Shown here piece after piece: positions 46,441 through 63,259 of a stretch of 64,000 nt of DNA (positions within the stretch are counted from its first letter, which is position 1; each line of letters opens with the position of its first letter). The translations under genes were made by a program, and so were the position numbers. The stretch comes from the human T2T-CHM13v2.0 reference genome, Homo sapiens: the NCBI RefSeq assembly GCF_009914755.1, contig NC_060931.1; one strand, written 5' to 3'. Under the pieces are notes generated by a model that made no database searches, was not told the origin of the DNA, and saw only the letters and a list, made by a program, of their open reading frames with translations.

Positions 46441-49400
46441 TTTCATGTTCTGTGGGCGTGACATCTACTTAGGCCAGCGCTGAAGATAAGCTGGTTTTCA
46501 TAGTCCCATTTTCAAACAACCCATCTGTCTACCAACATACCAAGATACCTCAAAATACAAGTATTAGACTTAGCAGAGGAGAAAACCCATGTCTTTGTCG
46601 CATTCCTGCTGTCATGTTTCCTTCAGAAATAAATGTTCTGCTATTAAAGTTTATATTTAGAAGAGATACTCTGTTCATGGTATTCTTGCATTCTACTGTA
46701 TATGAAATGAAATTAACCTGTTTGAATATGAAAAGAAACACAGAAGTTATTAGAACTCTGTAAATGTCCCACAGTTAGACTGTATCCAACCTGAAAAATA
46801 TTTTCATGGGAATTTATAGAGATTTATGGAGATATTTTATGAAAAATGTTTGAATTTCAGTTGCTTCCAAATATTTGCCCTTTCTCCTTTCTGTTTCCAG
46901 AAATTACCACCTTTGCTGGGTCCATAAGCATTGAACTAATTACAAGTCAGTGACTATGGCAATATAGGTTAGACTAGAAAAGACATATAATTACTATTTG
47001 CATATAAAACATTTACTTTGTTTCCATCAATTAAAGTCATCATAATAGTTTTTTAATGATTACATTTGCTCTTATTAGAAGTGTTTGCACATTGTTATAT
47101 AAGTCAAAAACTCAGGCCAGTTTTACTGATATCCCATCAGAAAATGATTTGAGGACTAAAGCACAGTGCATCCAGGTTTTTACCCCATAAAAATGAAAAC
47201 AGTATGTTGTGAGGTGCTGATTACTTCCACTGTTCAATGCATTATCTAGATTATCTGTGGCTCCCAGTTGAATAATACACATATTAAAAAGATTTTGTTG
47301 GACTGGGTGGTTTACAATCTGCTGTATTTTTTATACATCTCATTCAAAAACCTTTGGTAAGTTGAGGATTAGTCATAGTAGTTTTTATTAAAGATTTTTT
47401 AAATGTACATTAGTGACTGCTTATATTATCCACTTGTTCAATTTTTCAAGCTCCAACATTACAGTTTTATGTGTTGTATGCTTTCTGCAGATTTTTCTAT
47501 TTTGCTCAAATGAGTGTAAAATTGTATATAGCTGAATATATCCCTATTGACATACATTTGAATGGGCTCAATAGCTTAATGTAATCCGCCTAAAGATTGT
47601 AAGAGTCTGCCTAAACATAAAAATTCAATGACAAGTATATTTTATAAACAGAAATTGATGAGAGAATATATCTATGTAGAGTCTAGACACTCTGCAGTTT
47701 GTGACTTGAAGTCAAATTATATTTTTCTTTCCTAAAATACATTTTTTTACTATAAGTGGAAATTCACTAACAATATTCTATTCATGGGTAGGAGTAATGC
47801 CACCAAAGTGTTGAAGACAGAGAGTTTCATACAAGTCTAATAAATTTGGAAAAGATAGCATTACCATTCACCATCCTGAATTCCAAGTAACTTAGTTAAT
47901 TGTGAAGCAGAAATCCACATATAAGCAATGAATGTTTGTGTTAAACTTATACTAGTAAATTATTTTTATAGTGCCATTTAGGTCATTCAGTTAATTCCAC
48001 ATTCTCTCATTAATATCTATGCCTATAAACGTGGCTTTAAAATGATGGATAGAGTCAAAGTTTTTTTTTAAAATGATGTTTTATTACCTTTTTATAACTT
48101 GGCTTGTTTTAAATTATGTGTAGTCACTTGATAAATGCTTCCCCTGTTTTCCTGTTTTTAAGAGGTAATGTGGCATGAAGCAGTAAAAAGTACTGTACTT
48201 AGGGTCAGAAGAAAGCACCTATTCTGTCTGTCATGTGAGGTGCAAAGACAAATACTATTTCATTCTTGCATAATGTAAAATATGATAAATATGATTATAC
48301 AAATATAAGGTTCCATGGGAGGAAGCACACAATGTAAAGAGTAGGATATATATGAATAAGAAGTTGCCAGATAGAGAAAGGAGAGGAATGGCATTAAAAT
48401 GAGAGGAAATCAGCCACAATGTGTGCAAAGAAGTAAGAAACAAACAAACAATGACAACAACCAAAAACAAGACTAAAATCTGCAGTGTTGTGACATGACT
48501 ATATTACAGCATGTGTACGTTAATGGTGGTTTTGGGGTTGTGGGGAAGAGGAGGGAGGTGCACAGTTGCAAAAAATTAAGTGGGGCCATAGCAGATAATA
48601 TTGTAACTTTATGCTCCAAGCGATGATGAGCTCTTAAACAAAGATTAAGCGGAGTGAAGTAAAACTTTTTCTTTAATCTTTAATTTCCAAAATATCACTG
48701 TGCACTGCAGACTTTATCCAGGAGGAAAAAGAAACTGTTGCAGGAAGGCCAATTTTAGAAAGCTAAGAGGGTTCATAGTAGAATAGGAATGAGGAAAAAT
48801 TAATAGATTTGAGAGTAACTTTATACCTTGTTACAAATAGTTTACCTTTACTTACAAGGGTAACTACTAAATTTTAATTGCCTTAACACAGAAGAAATCC
48901 AAATTCAAATTCTTCTTTTACCCTTTTATCATAGATCCAATGGCCACACTGTTATTTTTGAAAGGAATGACATTTTTCCCTCACTCCAAATTTCCCACTT
49001 TATTATCTAAAAATGGTTCCTCTCATTATTATCCTAACACTCAATCTCAACGGATGAAAGTATTTATCTTCTCACCTAGGTCAGAATTCATTTTTTCTTC
49101 TCCGTGTTCCTGTGATATATTGCTCATATGTTCCATTCTTAATTTTTTGCTACCTTTACCATATTATAGGAGCCTTAGAGGTAGGATCCCTGCCATATCT
49201 GACAATCTGTGACAAACATTCCCTTGATCATAAACACTCAATAAATGTATGGTGAAAGGAAAAATAATTGATTCTAACTCAACTACAATCTAGATAATGT
49301 TATCTTCCAGTGATAAGACATTGACAAATGATATTTTTGGTATAACACAGGATCACTATTTGATTTTTATGGATGTATGCATCTTTACTCATGTCTATGT

Positions 49401-49664
49401 GTAAAAGATAAACCTAGTTTAAAATCCCACCCATAAGTGTTAGTGTTGACTCTTACAGTCAAATGTATTAATATATATCCTTTCATATTTATTCTAACTG
49501 TGAACTTTTATTATAATGTCTATCTTTCAGGCCAGTTTATTCAAGTTACCATTTCTACTAATAGTAAACCATTACTCATATAGAGTTTTACTACATTTAA
49601 GCAACCACATCCTTTCAATGACTAAAATGGAACACAGGAATGGAGGTTTATACTTGATTTTACC

Positions 49665-50026
49665 TGATATGGTTTGGCTCTGTGTCCCCACCCAAATCTC
49701 ATCTCAAATTGTTATCCCCATAATCCCCATGTGTTGAGGGATGGACCTGGTGGAAGGTGATTAGATCATGGGTGCAGTTCCCTCCATGCTGTTCTCATGA
49801 TAGTGAGTTCTCACCAGATCTGATGGTTTTATAAGTGGTGATTTCCCCTCTCTTCTCTCCCCTGCCGCCTTGTGAAGAAGATGCCTGCTTCCCCTTCTGC
49901 CATGATTGTAAATTTCCTGAGGCCTCCCTGGTCATGTGGAACTGTAAGTCAATTAAACCTCTTTCCTTTATAAATTACCCAGTCTCAGGGAAGTTCTTTA
50001 CACTAGTGTAAAAACAGACTAATACA
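49665..50026 (+). mobile_element. THE1D-like MaLR solo LTR
   Basis: tgatatggtttggctctgtgtccccaccc...cagactaataca. TSD not evident. Confidence 0.9.
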
Positions 50027-50234
50027 ATCCCATGGTTTATGAATAAGTATGTGAGTAATGAGTCCTGATGTGTTGCTGTAACTGCACCTCCTCCATAAAG
50101 ACCATTTTTGTGCTATAAGGCCTGGGGTTTTTTGAAAAAGTTCAAATCTTTAGTATCTGTTCATTCATTATTTTATAAACATTACAAAAACTTATACCTC
50201 AGAAATATGGTAATATTTTCCCATACATTACAGT

Positions 50235-50600
50235 TGTAATAGATTGTACTTTTCAGAAACAACTGCAATAATATTTCCAGTTTCACATCATCTTCTAGCA
50301 TCTTGCCACTCTGCCATTATAGGGTAGTATTGAACTCCCCTCGCTTTGACCTTGAATGGGCCTGTTGAAGCAATAATAAACTGATAGTGACACTATGTGA
50401 CAGCCAAAATTAGTCATCTAAGCAACACAGTTTCTGTCTAGCTCTTGCTCTGGATAGGTGCCCTTGGAACTCAGCCATCACACTGTGAGGAAGCCCAAAC
50501 CACATGGAGAGATCTGCATGGAAAGGAGGTGAGGCTTTGAGCCCTAAGTCCTGCCCAAGCTCCCACCTGAAAACTGCTACCAATTGTTAGTTAGGTGCAT
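50235..50600 (+). mobile_element. MLT1H-like LTR fragment
   Basis: agattgtacttttc...cccttggaactcagccatcacactgtgaggaagccc. Confidence 0.65.
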
Positions 50601-50925
50601 TTATCACATGACTTCCTCACCAATGTGTGTATAATGTGACTTTCCACCCACATTATGGAACAATGAACAAAAGAAAATGACTTGTAGTTTTGGGGCATAT
50701 AGTATTGAAGTGGTTAAAAGGCAACAGTATTCTGAACAAAGTAAATGAAATTATTCGTAAGCGGTACATCTTGCATTAATAGAACATTTCCTTATAATGT
50801 GAATGTGACCTCCAGGACAGTCAAGCTTACTCTGTTTAGTTGGCTTTTGTATTATGAGTGCTTAGACAGACCTCGGCCCAAAGTATGGACTTGGTACATA
50901 AAACAGTGAATTTATAATGAGAGAT

Positions 50926-53649
<2,724 letters not shown>

Positions 53650-55414
53650 GAGATATAGAAATCAAGGCTAAAAAAGAATAATAAAGGCTTTTGAAAAATA
53701 TACACAATCAAAATTTCTGCAAAGTGAAAATTGTCAGAACATTATCTAAATTTATGAAAATGTTAATATACATAAAAGTTCAAAAACGTGTATTTAAAAC
53801 GGTAAGAATCTTAAAATCTAATATACATTACTTTCACATTCGTGTATAATTTCAAATATATGTTATCTTATGTTAACCTTCAACATCATTGTTAAGTGTG
53901 TATGTTTTTTATTTAGTTGTCTGTATTTGCTTATTTAATATTTTACTAGTACCTGAAATAGAGGAATTGATTTAACATCCCCAAAATGAATTTTCATCTT
54001 TTTAAAATAACATATAATATTTGCAATTTTGATTCAAAAAGTACTAAGTTACTTTCTCTAAAGCAATTACCCTCGTGATTTCTTTATTCATAATATTGGT
54101 TGCAAGGTAGGTTGTGTCTTTCTTAATGTTTTCTCCTAAATGAAAAGGTCCCTGCAGACATTATAAATCCTAAGATTCAGATTCAGTCATGTATTTTTCC
54201 ATTTTACTGACCTGCAATGAAGCACATCTTTTCCAAGCAACACATAAGGCATCTGGGGAAAATTCCATCACTATAAAAAATGTTTATTATTTAATCTGCA
54301 TTGTGATGCATAGCTCATTCAAAGTATGACTGAGAAGAAGACACATTAACTCAACAGTCAGGGCAAATAAAAATCAGCGTGAGAAAAATTATTGAGTGAA
54401 AAGTCACTGAGTCCCATATTATTAGCCATTTTGTATTTCTATAATATAAATTTATCTGTGATAAATCTTGGAAACTTCCCACACAGAGATTCATATATGT
54501 CCTAAAAATTAATAAAACTATTAATTAGTAACATTTATAATCACTGGGCTCAATAAATTCAGATAAAATAATGTGGATTGCATTTAAAAAAATTATTAAG
54601 ACATGTAAAACATCATCCCATTTAGGAAAATGAGATCTTGGACAAAAAGAAATATTTATGAAATGATATTCTTTTAAGTTAATATTTTTTATTTTATTTT
54701 ATTCAAATCATTAGCTATAAGTGCCTTAAAATTTGTCACGTGATAACATTTATGGTTTAAACATTAGAAGCACTCTATGGTTGATGTTAAATCGTGGTTA
54801 TTAATATACCACTTTGAAATTATCTCCTACGGGAAATTCCTGACATAAAAAAATTAACCCACCACCTATGAATTTACCTCTTCTCATATTATCAAAATTT
54901 ATAAATAGGATAAAAATGTGTCATAGTCTATTGCAACTGTTAAGTTGGAAAGCACTTTGATATGATTCAGCATCTAAAAATGTAGAATACCAGATAGCTC
55001 CATGGTAAATGCATTTCCAGTGTATTACTTACAATAATAGCACCAATAAGTTTGTTCAAATGTATGACTAATGATAAAAGCCTATTTTTTTATTTTACCA
55101 AACATCCATTGATAATATCTCAACATTACTTATTCCTCAGCCAGAATACTTCCTAAAGTGTTAAGAAGCAATATTTCTTAAGGACCTGTGAGTATTGCCT
55201 TCTGCTTATATTTTATGACACTGCCTTCCTTTAACATAATGCTTCAGAAATGACAAATTATGTGTGGATCCTACCATGCTCCTCAACATCGAGTTGATTC
55301 TTACTTCCATGCTTTATCCTATACTGTCTTCTGTCATTTCCAGGCAGCTTTCTCTCCTGAATTTCATCTTAACTTGATAAAACTGGACTTAGTTTTAAAA
55401 ACTCAGTTGAGGAA

Positions 55415-56319
55415 TGTGTTGGCTGTCCCCAAGACCACCCCCACATTCATAGATTCCCTAGAAAGACTCACAGGATTCAGCATTTGGGTGTACTCACCAC
55501 AAAGATTTATTACAGCAATGTAGTAAGGATACACAGTTGGATCACACTGGGAAAAGGTGCAGTGTTGGGAGGAATCCATGTGATTTTCTTATGCTTTCTT
55601 CTTCCCATGAGGTGTCACACACAGTATCCTCTTCCAGTAACAAAATGCAGCAATATGTGTGATGTGTGCTAAGTTTCTGCCCAGTGAAGCTCATTAGAAA
55701 CCTAGCTGGAGGCTAGTCATGCAGGTACCCTCTGCTTAGAATGTACTAACATTCCTGCCTCTCAAAAGAAATGTAGATGTTCAGTATAAGCCATATTGTT
55801 TGCACAGACAAAGCACAGTGAACCACCTTTATCAGTTAGCTATTGACTGGGAATCAAGTTTCCAGATGTCAACCAACGGCCAACCTTTTAAATAGTCTAA
55901 TTTATTTTATTTTATATTTTAATTTAATTTAATTTTATTTTATTTTATTTTTTGGGGAGGAGACAGAGTCTTGGTCTGTCACCCAGGCTGGAATGCAGTG
56001 GCACTATCTCAGCTCACTGCAACCTCTGCCTCCAGTTTCAAGGGATTCTCGTACCTCAGCCTCTTAAGTAGCTAGGATTACAGGTATGTGCCACCACGCC
56101 CAGCTAATTTTTGTACTGTTAGTAGAGACGGGGGTTTTGCCATGTTGCCCGGGCTGGTCTCGAACTCCTGGCCTCAAGTGATCCGCCCACCTTGGTCCTC
56201 CAAAGTGCTGAGATTACAATCGTGAGCCACTGAGCCCGGCCTCAAGTTACCTTTCTAAAGATAGCAGGCTGAGGCCTGCTATATTAGTTTTTGTTTTTTG
56301 TTTTTGCTTTTTTTGCACA
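55415..56319 (-). mobile_element. MER68/MER77-type LTR, interrupted by an Alu
   Basis: tgtgttggctgtccccaagaccaccccc ... gcctgctatattag...ttttgcaca, flanked by ggaa. Confidence 0.75.
55898..56241 (-). mobile_element. Alu (Sz/Jb-like) with (TTTTA)n tail
   Basis: Antisense dimeric Alu. Confidence 0.93.
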
Positions 56320-56619
56320 GGAAGTAATCCTCTAAAGAATCTGTTTCTGATTCCTGGAAAGTTAGCTGCTGGTGTTCAGTGCTCCCAGACTTAAATATTT
56401 CATAGGATTTTCTGCTTTGGAGTGCAATAGCCAATATATTTAGCCTTCTCTCCCATATTACTCCTGAATATCTTTTACACAGAACTTGGAAAATATAACT
56501 CACTTGGGAAAAGTCTCTTGAAAGGATCATAAAGTCCTATTTCTACTTGATTTAGTATTTATATCTTATCCCCTTTTCCATCCTATTCTCTTCCTAAATA
56601 ATTCACTCTGAATATCATT

Positions 56620-56660
56620 AAGTAATTTATCTTCTTTGCCATTGTTAGTACCATATGCAA
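56620..56660. repeat. Copy 1 of a 41-bp dispersed direct repeat
   Basis: aagtaatttatcttctttgccattgttagtaccatatgcaa, 40/41 identical to 59116-59156. Confidence 0.95.
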
Positions 56661-56664
56661 ATAT

Positions 56665-57250
56665 GTGTCAAGGTGTCAAGTAGAAAGGAGGTAGGTTGAG
56701 CTGTGGTGGCCTGACGCAGGGTGTTAGAGCTGAGTCTGGTAAGCAGAAAATCCAGAGTAGGAGCAGACCAGCACATGCTGGAATCCAAGTAGGATGAGGA
56801 CGAGGAAGGCATCACTATTGGTAGGCACCCCAGCATGTTGTGTCAGAGCCCAGTAAGGTGGGAGGGCATTCAAACAGAGGGAGAACCAAGGCACAATTGT
56901 GGATATTGGGGCAGGGAGAGGAGGGTGTCTACACAGGGATGAAACAGTGGTAGCAGTGGCTGGCAGAGTACTGGAGGATAAATGAAGAGTGGCAGTAGTA
57001 GGTGTATATTTAGAAAGTTAATATAGATGTAGATATATATTTACAGGTATATATCTGACTTATATATGTATGATTTAACAGACTATATATAGCATATTTG
57101 TTTCTATTCTCCATGGTCCTAATATACAACAACAGAAATTTTTAAATATTGTTATATTCTTTAAATAAATATTCCACTGGTTATTTTGATGAGAATGTAT
57201 TTCTCAGTTAGGGAGAGAGAGGTTATAAATGTATTATTGCTGTTGATATC
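56665..57250 (+). mobile_element. L1MC4-like 3'UTR fragment
   Basis: Repeated 'gtcagagcc...gtg(a/g)ggagggc' purine-rich subunits. Confidence 0.5.
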
Positions 57251-57846
57251 AAACATAGGTTTAAAGCACTACCCCACCCCCACCCTGCCAAGATAAGCTT
57301 ACTGCATCTAAGAGAACTGGAAGTGAAATTGAGGATGTAGAACAAGATACTAATTTCCAAAGGTTTAATATCAAAGAGCAAATTTCTAGAAGACCTAGGA
57401 CTGTAAGCTCAAGTCTTTCATTAAACTCCTCTATCTCCTGCATTTAGAGCCTACTACAACAGCTATCTTAACACACCAGTATGAAAGATAGCCATCTTTT
57501 TCCCTAAATACATTTTCCTTCTACTTCCTGTTTGTTATAATTATTCTTCCAGTCACTGGGCTCAACATCTGTCCCTTATCTTTTTCATCTTAGCCTTCCA
57601 TACCCAACATTCAGATCATCATGCATAGCAACATTTTTTCTCACAAGTCATCTTATGCACATTTCATTGACTTTTCTTATTGCATCCTTCAGTTGGAGAA
57701 GTCTCTTTTTTTCTCTTAGTTTCTTCTTATTTAGATTTCTCCTGCACATAGATGTAATAAAATGAATAATTTTTTTTAAATTTTCTCTATAAATTGGTTA
57801 GAGAAATAAACAAAGAGGAAGTATGATCAGTGTTGGAATCTTTTAA

Positions 57847-58261
<415 letters not shown>

Positions 58262-59115
58262 ATCTTTTTTCATATTTTACATGTTTTAAATATGTTTATT
58301 GTAAAATATTTTTAAAATGTTTAAAATATTTGTTATTTTTTCTATCCCCTTTTGACTATACAGTCCTTCGCTAGGATAAAAAAGCTACACTTTCCAAATG
58401 TCTTTATTCAGAGAAAAACTTATATTTCAAAAAAGTGTTATTGAAAACGAGACACACATAGACAAAGAACATCAGAGGCAATTACTTAATAAGCATTCCA
58501 GGTTTGTTGCTCTCCATAGATCCTTTCTGCACGGAACTCTATTTAAAATCAGTTGGAGTTCTGCCCCCACAAAGGTTTCACACAAGGGAAAAAGAATAAG
58601 AATTTAAACATAAATAAGTAGAACAAACTTTAATAAGCTCTTTCAATGAGTATTTACCTGAGGGACTGGAACAGCTGCAATGTAAAACCTGCTTAATAAC
58701 CCTCTATTAAATAATTTTCTTGGTTTAAATTAAAATCTAAATGCAGGCTAAGTCATAAACAAAAAAATTACATATTATCATTTTCTAAAAGTGGGGTAAT
58801 TAAGGGATCTTCTTTTAATACTTAAATACTTAAATAATTTTAAATACTTAGATAATTTTAAGTATTCTATTGTTTTGCTTTTCTTTAAACTCTACTACTT
58901 TGAGTGATTTATTAAAGCCGACCACATAATGTTGTATAAAAATAATGAATTAAATATACTTTGTGTATCAAAGTGGCTTGCTAGAGCATAACAAGTGGTT
59001 TTAAAGAAAGTAAACAAGCAAATTAATCGCCAGTTTTCTCGCAGAATGTGGCTTCTTAAATGATGAAAACCTTGTAAGACTTCTTTCAGGTTTTCAATGG
59101 CTATAAACGATTTGG

Positions 59116-59156
59116 AAGTAATTTATCTTCTTAGCCATTGTTAGTACCATATGCAA
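59116..59156. repeat. Copy 2 of the 41-bp dispersed direct repeat
   Basis: aagtaatttatcttcttagccattgttagtaccatatgcaa. Confidence 0.95.
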
Positions 59157-59694
59157 GAATTTGCTCTTCTCCAGTTTTAGAAAAATAAGACTTTTGTTTC
59201 TTCAGAACCCTTGCTGCTTCATTCTCATTTGTAGTCACAATTCTCAGTTTATGGCACTGGAATTTTGTCATAGCAATTAATCCTAAAGTTATAAATATGA
59301 TAATGAGTCCAAGAAGCAAATTTATATGTTCCTACTTATCTTTCCTCTTCTCCCATTTCTGACAAATAAACAGTTTCTTGGAGAATGAAACACTTAGGGA
59401 ACAGATTCTGAAATGAAACTCACAAGCAAGATTACTTTTGTATTAAAAGAGATTTCCATGTTCTCTCTCTCATTTGTTTTCCCCCAGATGTCAAGCTCCA
59501 TCAGGGCAGGTTGATCTTGAAAACTTGGGTCATTCTACTATTCAACTTGGTGCCTTGCACATTGTGAGTGATCAATAATAATCATTTAGAAACCGATTTT
59601 TTCCTTCTAATTTGCCCCCTGCATTCTTAAGTCATAGGCATAACAAGTGCATCAGCATTCATGATACCAAGAATATTTTAATAACAAAATTATT

Positions 59695-59910
59695 ATTTTT
59701 ACCAGATTTATTAAAGTACGGTTGATGTACAAAATAAATTTTTACCAGATTTATTAAAGTATGGTTGATGTAATATGTACAATTTGATGAGTCTGGCTCA
59801 TTACCACAATCAAGGTAATAGACATATCCAACACCTTCCAAAGTTTCACTGTGCCCTCTGTTTTGGGTGGTAAGAACAGTTAACATGAGGTCTACCTTCT
59901 CAACACAAAT
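59695..59910 (-). mobile_element. L1MA/MB 3' end with duplicated 35-bp terminus
   Basis: ccacaatcaaggtaatagacatatcc...gtggtaagaacagttaacatgaggtctacc. The 35-bp unit occurs at 59695 and 59738. Confidence 0.8.
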
Positions 59911-61279
59911 ATTCTTTATATTAAAAGAACCACTGAGTTCTTTCATAACAATAGTCATCTCATGAGGCAGAATTGAGACTGTAACATGATGGTTAGATTT
60001 TGTATACCTATTTTCAAATTTGCTAGTCTTAACAGAGTTCCAATCACATAGATTGTGACAGATTCTCAGAATAGCATTGTGGGAACTTTGAGAATTTAGT
60101 CCATTTCATTACATAAAATATATTTAAGACTTTCTGTATATGAAGAATAAAGTCCCTGTAAATGGGTTATTTTTAATAGGAACTCTTCAAGGTCTAAAAC
60201 TTGAAAAAGGGAAGATCTTTTGAAGAGGACTTTGCAAAAGACTTTGACGGTATTAATACATGGGATAAAAGAAGTTGAGCTCAGGTTGCCAACTTGTCTT
60301 TTTAATAATAGTCTAAAGAAAGACACAGGGTCACTGCCCTTTCCTTGAAGACCATATCCTAGGGATACTGTGAAGTTTTTGAAAACTCAAATATGTTTTA
60401 AGTATTTAACTAGCCTTAGCTATGCTGTGACTTTTATATGTACCCCTTATCTTGCTAGTATATCAGATTTTGTTTCCCCAGGGAACAAAGGTTAAAAACA
60501 AACAAACAAACAGACAGCTGTGTATATTTTCCAATGAATAAAGAGTACAAAAAAATTACCATAGGATAAAGCTCCTCTGCCAAACTCAAAATAATATGGA
60601 ACCCAGAAAGTAAATTAAAAATATACTATATATTTTTTCTACATAGTCATAGTTTTTATGAAATGTTTACAATTCATGAGCAAATATTTTGGTATTTTTC
60701 CTTGGTAGTTTTTTCTTTGGTAGTTCACAATATAAACAAATATAGTGTTTTATGAAAAAATTAATACATAAAAATTTGAAGCTGCTAGACTTCAGTCAAA
60801 AGTTAATGTACATAACTCAATGACTGGCTAAAGGTTTTGCTCATTTTACATGTTGATTGAATTTCTTTTTTAATTCAGAACTACTATCTTTTAAAATTAA
60901 GATGATAGAATGTTAAAAATAATCTAATAGAGACTCAAAAAAAGAGTTATCTGGAAAGAGATTCTAAGGATGTAGTCAGATATACTAAATTTATCTTATT
61001 TAAAATAGATCATCTAGAAATTTAAATCCATCCTTCTGGGAAGTTGGTATAACTGGTTAAAATATGGGATGAGTAGATGTGGTGCTCTCCTTCCCTATGA
61101 GCACAGGCTTATTTCCTGCCCTGTCAAAGACCTCAGAGAGATACCTGGGGGACAAGTAAGAGAGTTTACACCTATCTGTGCAAATTTATCACCAGTATTG
61201 GGAAAAACAAATTGGCATGCAGACTTTACTACTGCAGACGTCTGTTGATGTATTTATGGAGCTAAAATAATATATACTT

Positions 61280-61490
61280 TAGGGTCAGAAGTCCTGGCAG
61301 TGAGTCAGCTTCAGCCACTTAGTTGTATAATATAATCCTGGAAAACGATTTAACCTCCTTGAGCTTTTGTTTCCCTTTGGGAAAAATAATCATTGGAATA
61401 ATCCACATCTCACAAAGCCTTTTTGAGAATTAACTAGAGTAAATACATTGAGAAAGTACTTTTTACAGAGTCGTACAAATGAGGCTCACT
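61280..61490 (+). mobile_element. MIR
   Basis: gtcagaagtcctgg...atttaacctccttgagcttttgtttccc. Confidence 0.6.
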
Positions 61491-61624
61491 GCTAAGGTAA
61501 ATTTTTTTATCCACTGAACATCTTGGTAGTAAATTAGGTTGATTCTTTATGAACATTTTTTTAGAGAGTTAGATTAATAATCTCTAATGGAAAAAAAGGT
61601 ATATATTAATTATCTAATTAGAGT

Positions 61625-62110
61625 ATTTCTTCACTCATTCAACAAACCTTCACTGTATTTCTACCATGTGCCAAGCATGATAACAAATACTTAGGATCTA
61701 GAGTTAAAAGGCCATTGCCTTCTCTCAAGGAAGTTACAGTGCAGTGGCTAAGAAACAGAATGACACAGAGCTGTTACAGACTCTGACAAAGCAGATAAGT
61801 TGGACATCATTTTGAAGAGGTTAGTCCATGGTTCCTGGAGGATGTGAATCTTGAGCTGAGTAGCTGATAACTGGGGGAAAGGATGCATGTACCAAGACCC
61901 AGGATCAAGGTAAAACACATTAAATTCTGCAAACTAAAAACAGCTGAGCCAGACTGTGAAGTAGGTTAATGTTAAAATATCATGGGATGAGGTTTACAGA
62001 GTAGAGGAAGTAGAGATCCTGAACAGTCTATATTCTCTTGTAAGGATTAATTTAGGAAAAAAAGGAAGGCTATTGAAAGGGGTGAGATATGATTATGAGT
62101 TCATTAAAAC
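61625..62110 (-). mobile_element. L2 relic (appears to resume at ~63565)
   Basis: tcactcattcaacaaac...ctaccatgtgccaagc...ttgccttctctcaaggaagttacagt. Confidence 0.7.
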
Positions 62111-62129
62111 ATAACACTCTAAATAAACG

Positions 62130-63010
62130 GTATACACATTGCAAAGAAAGAAAACTGACCCTATTTGCAGGTTGACATGATTGTGTACATAGAAAACTCA
62201 TGCATTAATAAGGAAGTACAACAAAATTGCAGGATACAAGATCAATACACAAAAACAAATTGCATTTCTATATGCTAACAATGAACATATGGAAATTGAA
62301 ATTTTAAAAAACACAATACTATTTATAATTGCTCCAAAGGTAATAAAATATTTAGGCATAAGCCTAATAAAAACATATATAGCATCTTGAAAGTTACAAA
62401 ATGCTGATAATTAAAAAAAAAAAACAAATAAATGAAGAAACATACCATGTTCCCAGATTAAAAGACTCAAAAGAAAGATTATCAAGGTCAATTTCCAAAT
62501 TTTAATATAATATCTACTAAAACTCCAGGAAAGTTTTTTTGTTTATACAAAAATTAACTCAAAATAGATCATAAACTTAATTTTAAAATGTAAAACTATA
62601 AAATATTTAGAAAAAAGCAGAGAAAATCTTCGAGTCTTGGGACTAGGAAGAGTTCTTAGACTTCACACCAATAGCATGATTCACAAAATAAAAAATTTCT
62701 AAATTGGAGCATATCAAGATGAAAAAAAATTTTGTTTTGCAAAAGTCCCTGTAAAAAGGATGAAAAGACAGGTTACAGACTAGGAGAAAGTATTTGCAAA
62801 CAACGTATGCGACACAGGACAATTATGTAGAATATATAAGGAGCTCTCAAAAGTCAACAGTGTAAAACAAAACAATCAAAATAAAATGCGCCAAAGGGTA
62901 ACACATTTTACTGAAGAGTATATGCAGATGGCAAATACGAGCATAAAAATATGTTCAACAAAATTAGCCATTAGAGGAATGCAAATTAAAACCACAATGA
63001 AATATCACTA
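62130..63010 (+). mobile_element. L1MB/MC ORF2 3' relic (3'UTR resumes 63405-63545)
   Basis: gcaggttgacatgattgtgtacatagaaaa...gaatgcaaattaaaaccacaatgaaatatcacta. Confidence 0.8.
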
Positions 63011-63011
63011 T

Positions 63012-63256
63012 TGTCAAAGAAAAACCTGTCAAAGCTGGAAGGACACTAGTTAAAGTGGAGATCAATTTGTACAGAGGTCACCAGGCATTTTAAAGGAAGA
63101 ATGAAGGAATGCAGGGCTGGCGAGCAGAGACTCAGTAAAGTCAGGGAAGTGGAAAAATTACAAAAATTGGAAAGGGGGGTTGCTCCATGTTAAACCCATC
63201 TGAGTTTGTTACTGGTGCTTACAGAAAGCAGGCTTCTACCCTCCCACAGAGGCTGA
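63012..63256 (-). mobile_element. ERV1-class LTR fragment (MER31/MER67-like)
   Basis: tgtcaaagaaaa terminus and ctaccctcccacagag motif. Confidence 0.45.
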
Positions 63257-63259
63257 ACC

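Noticed and set aside
58815-58866. aatacttaa-type repeats, plus small duplications at 40483-40513 and 60697-60725
   Set aside because: Ordinary short slippage duplications in AT-rich DNA.
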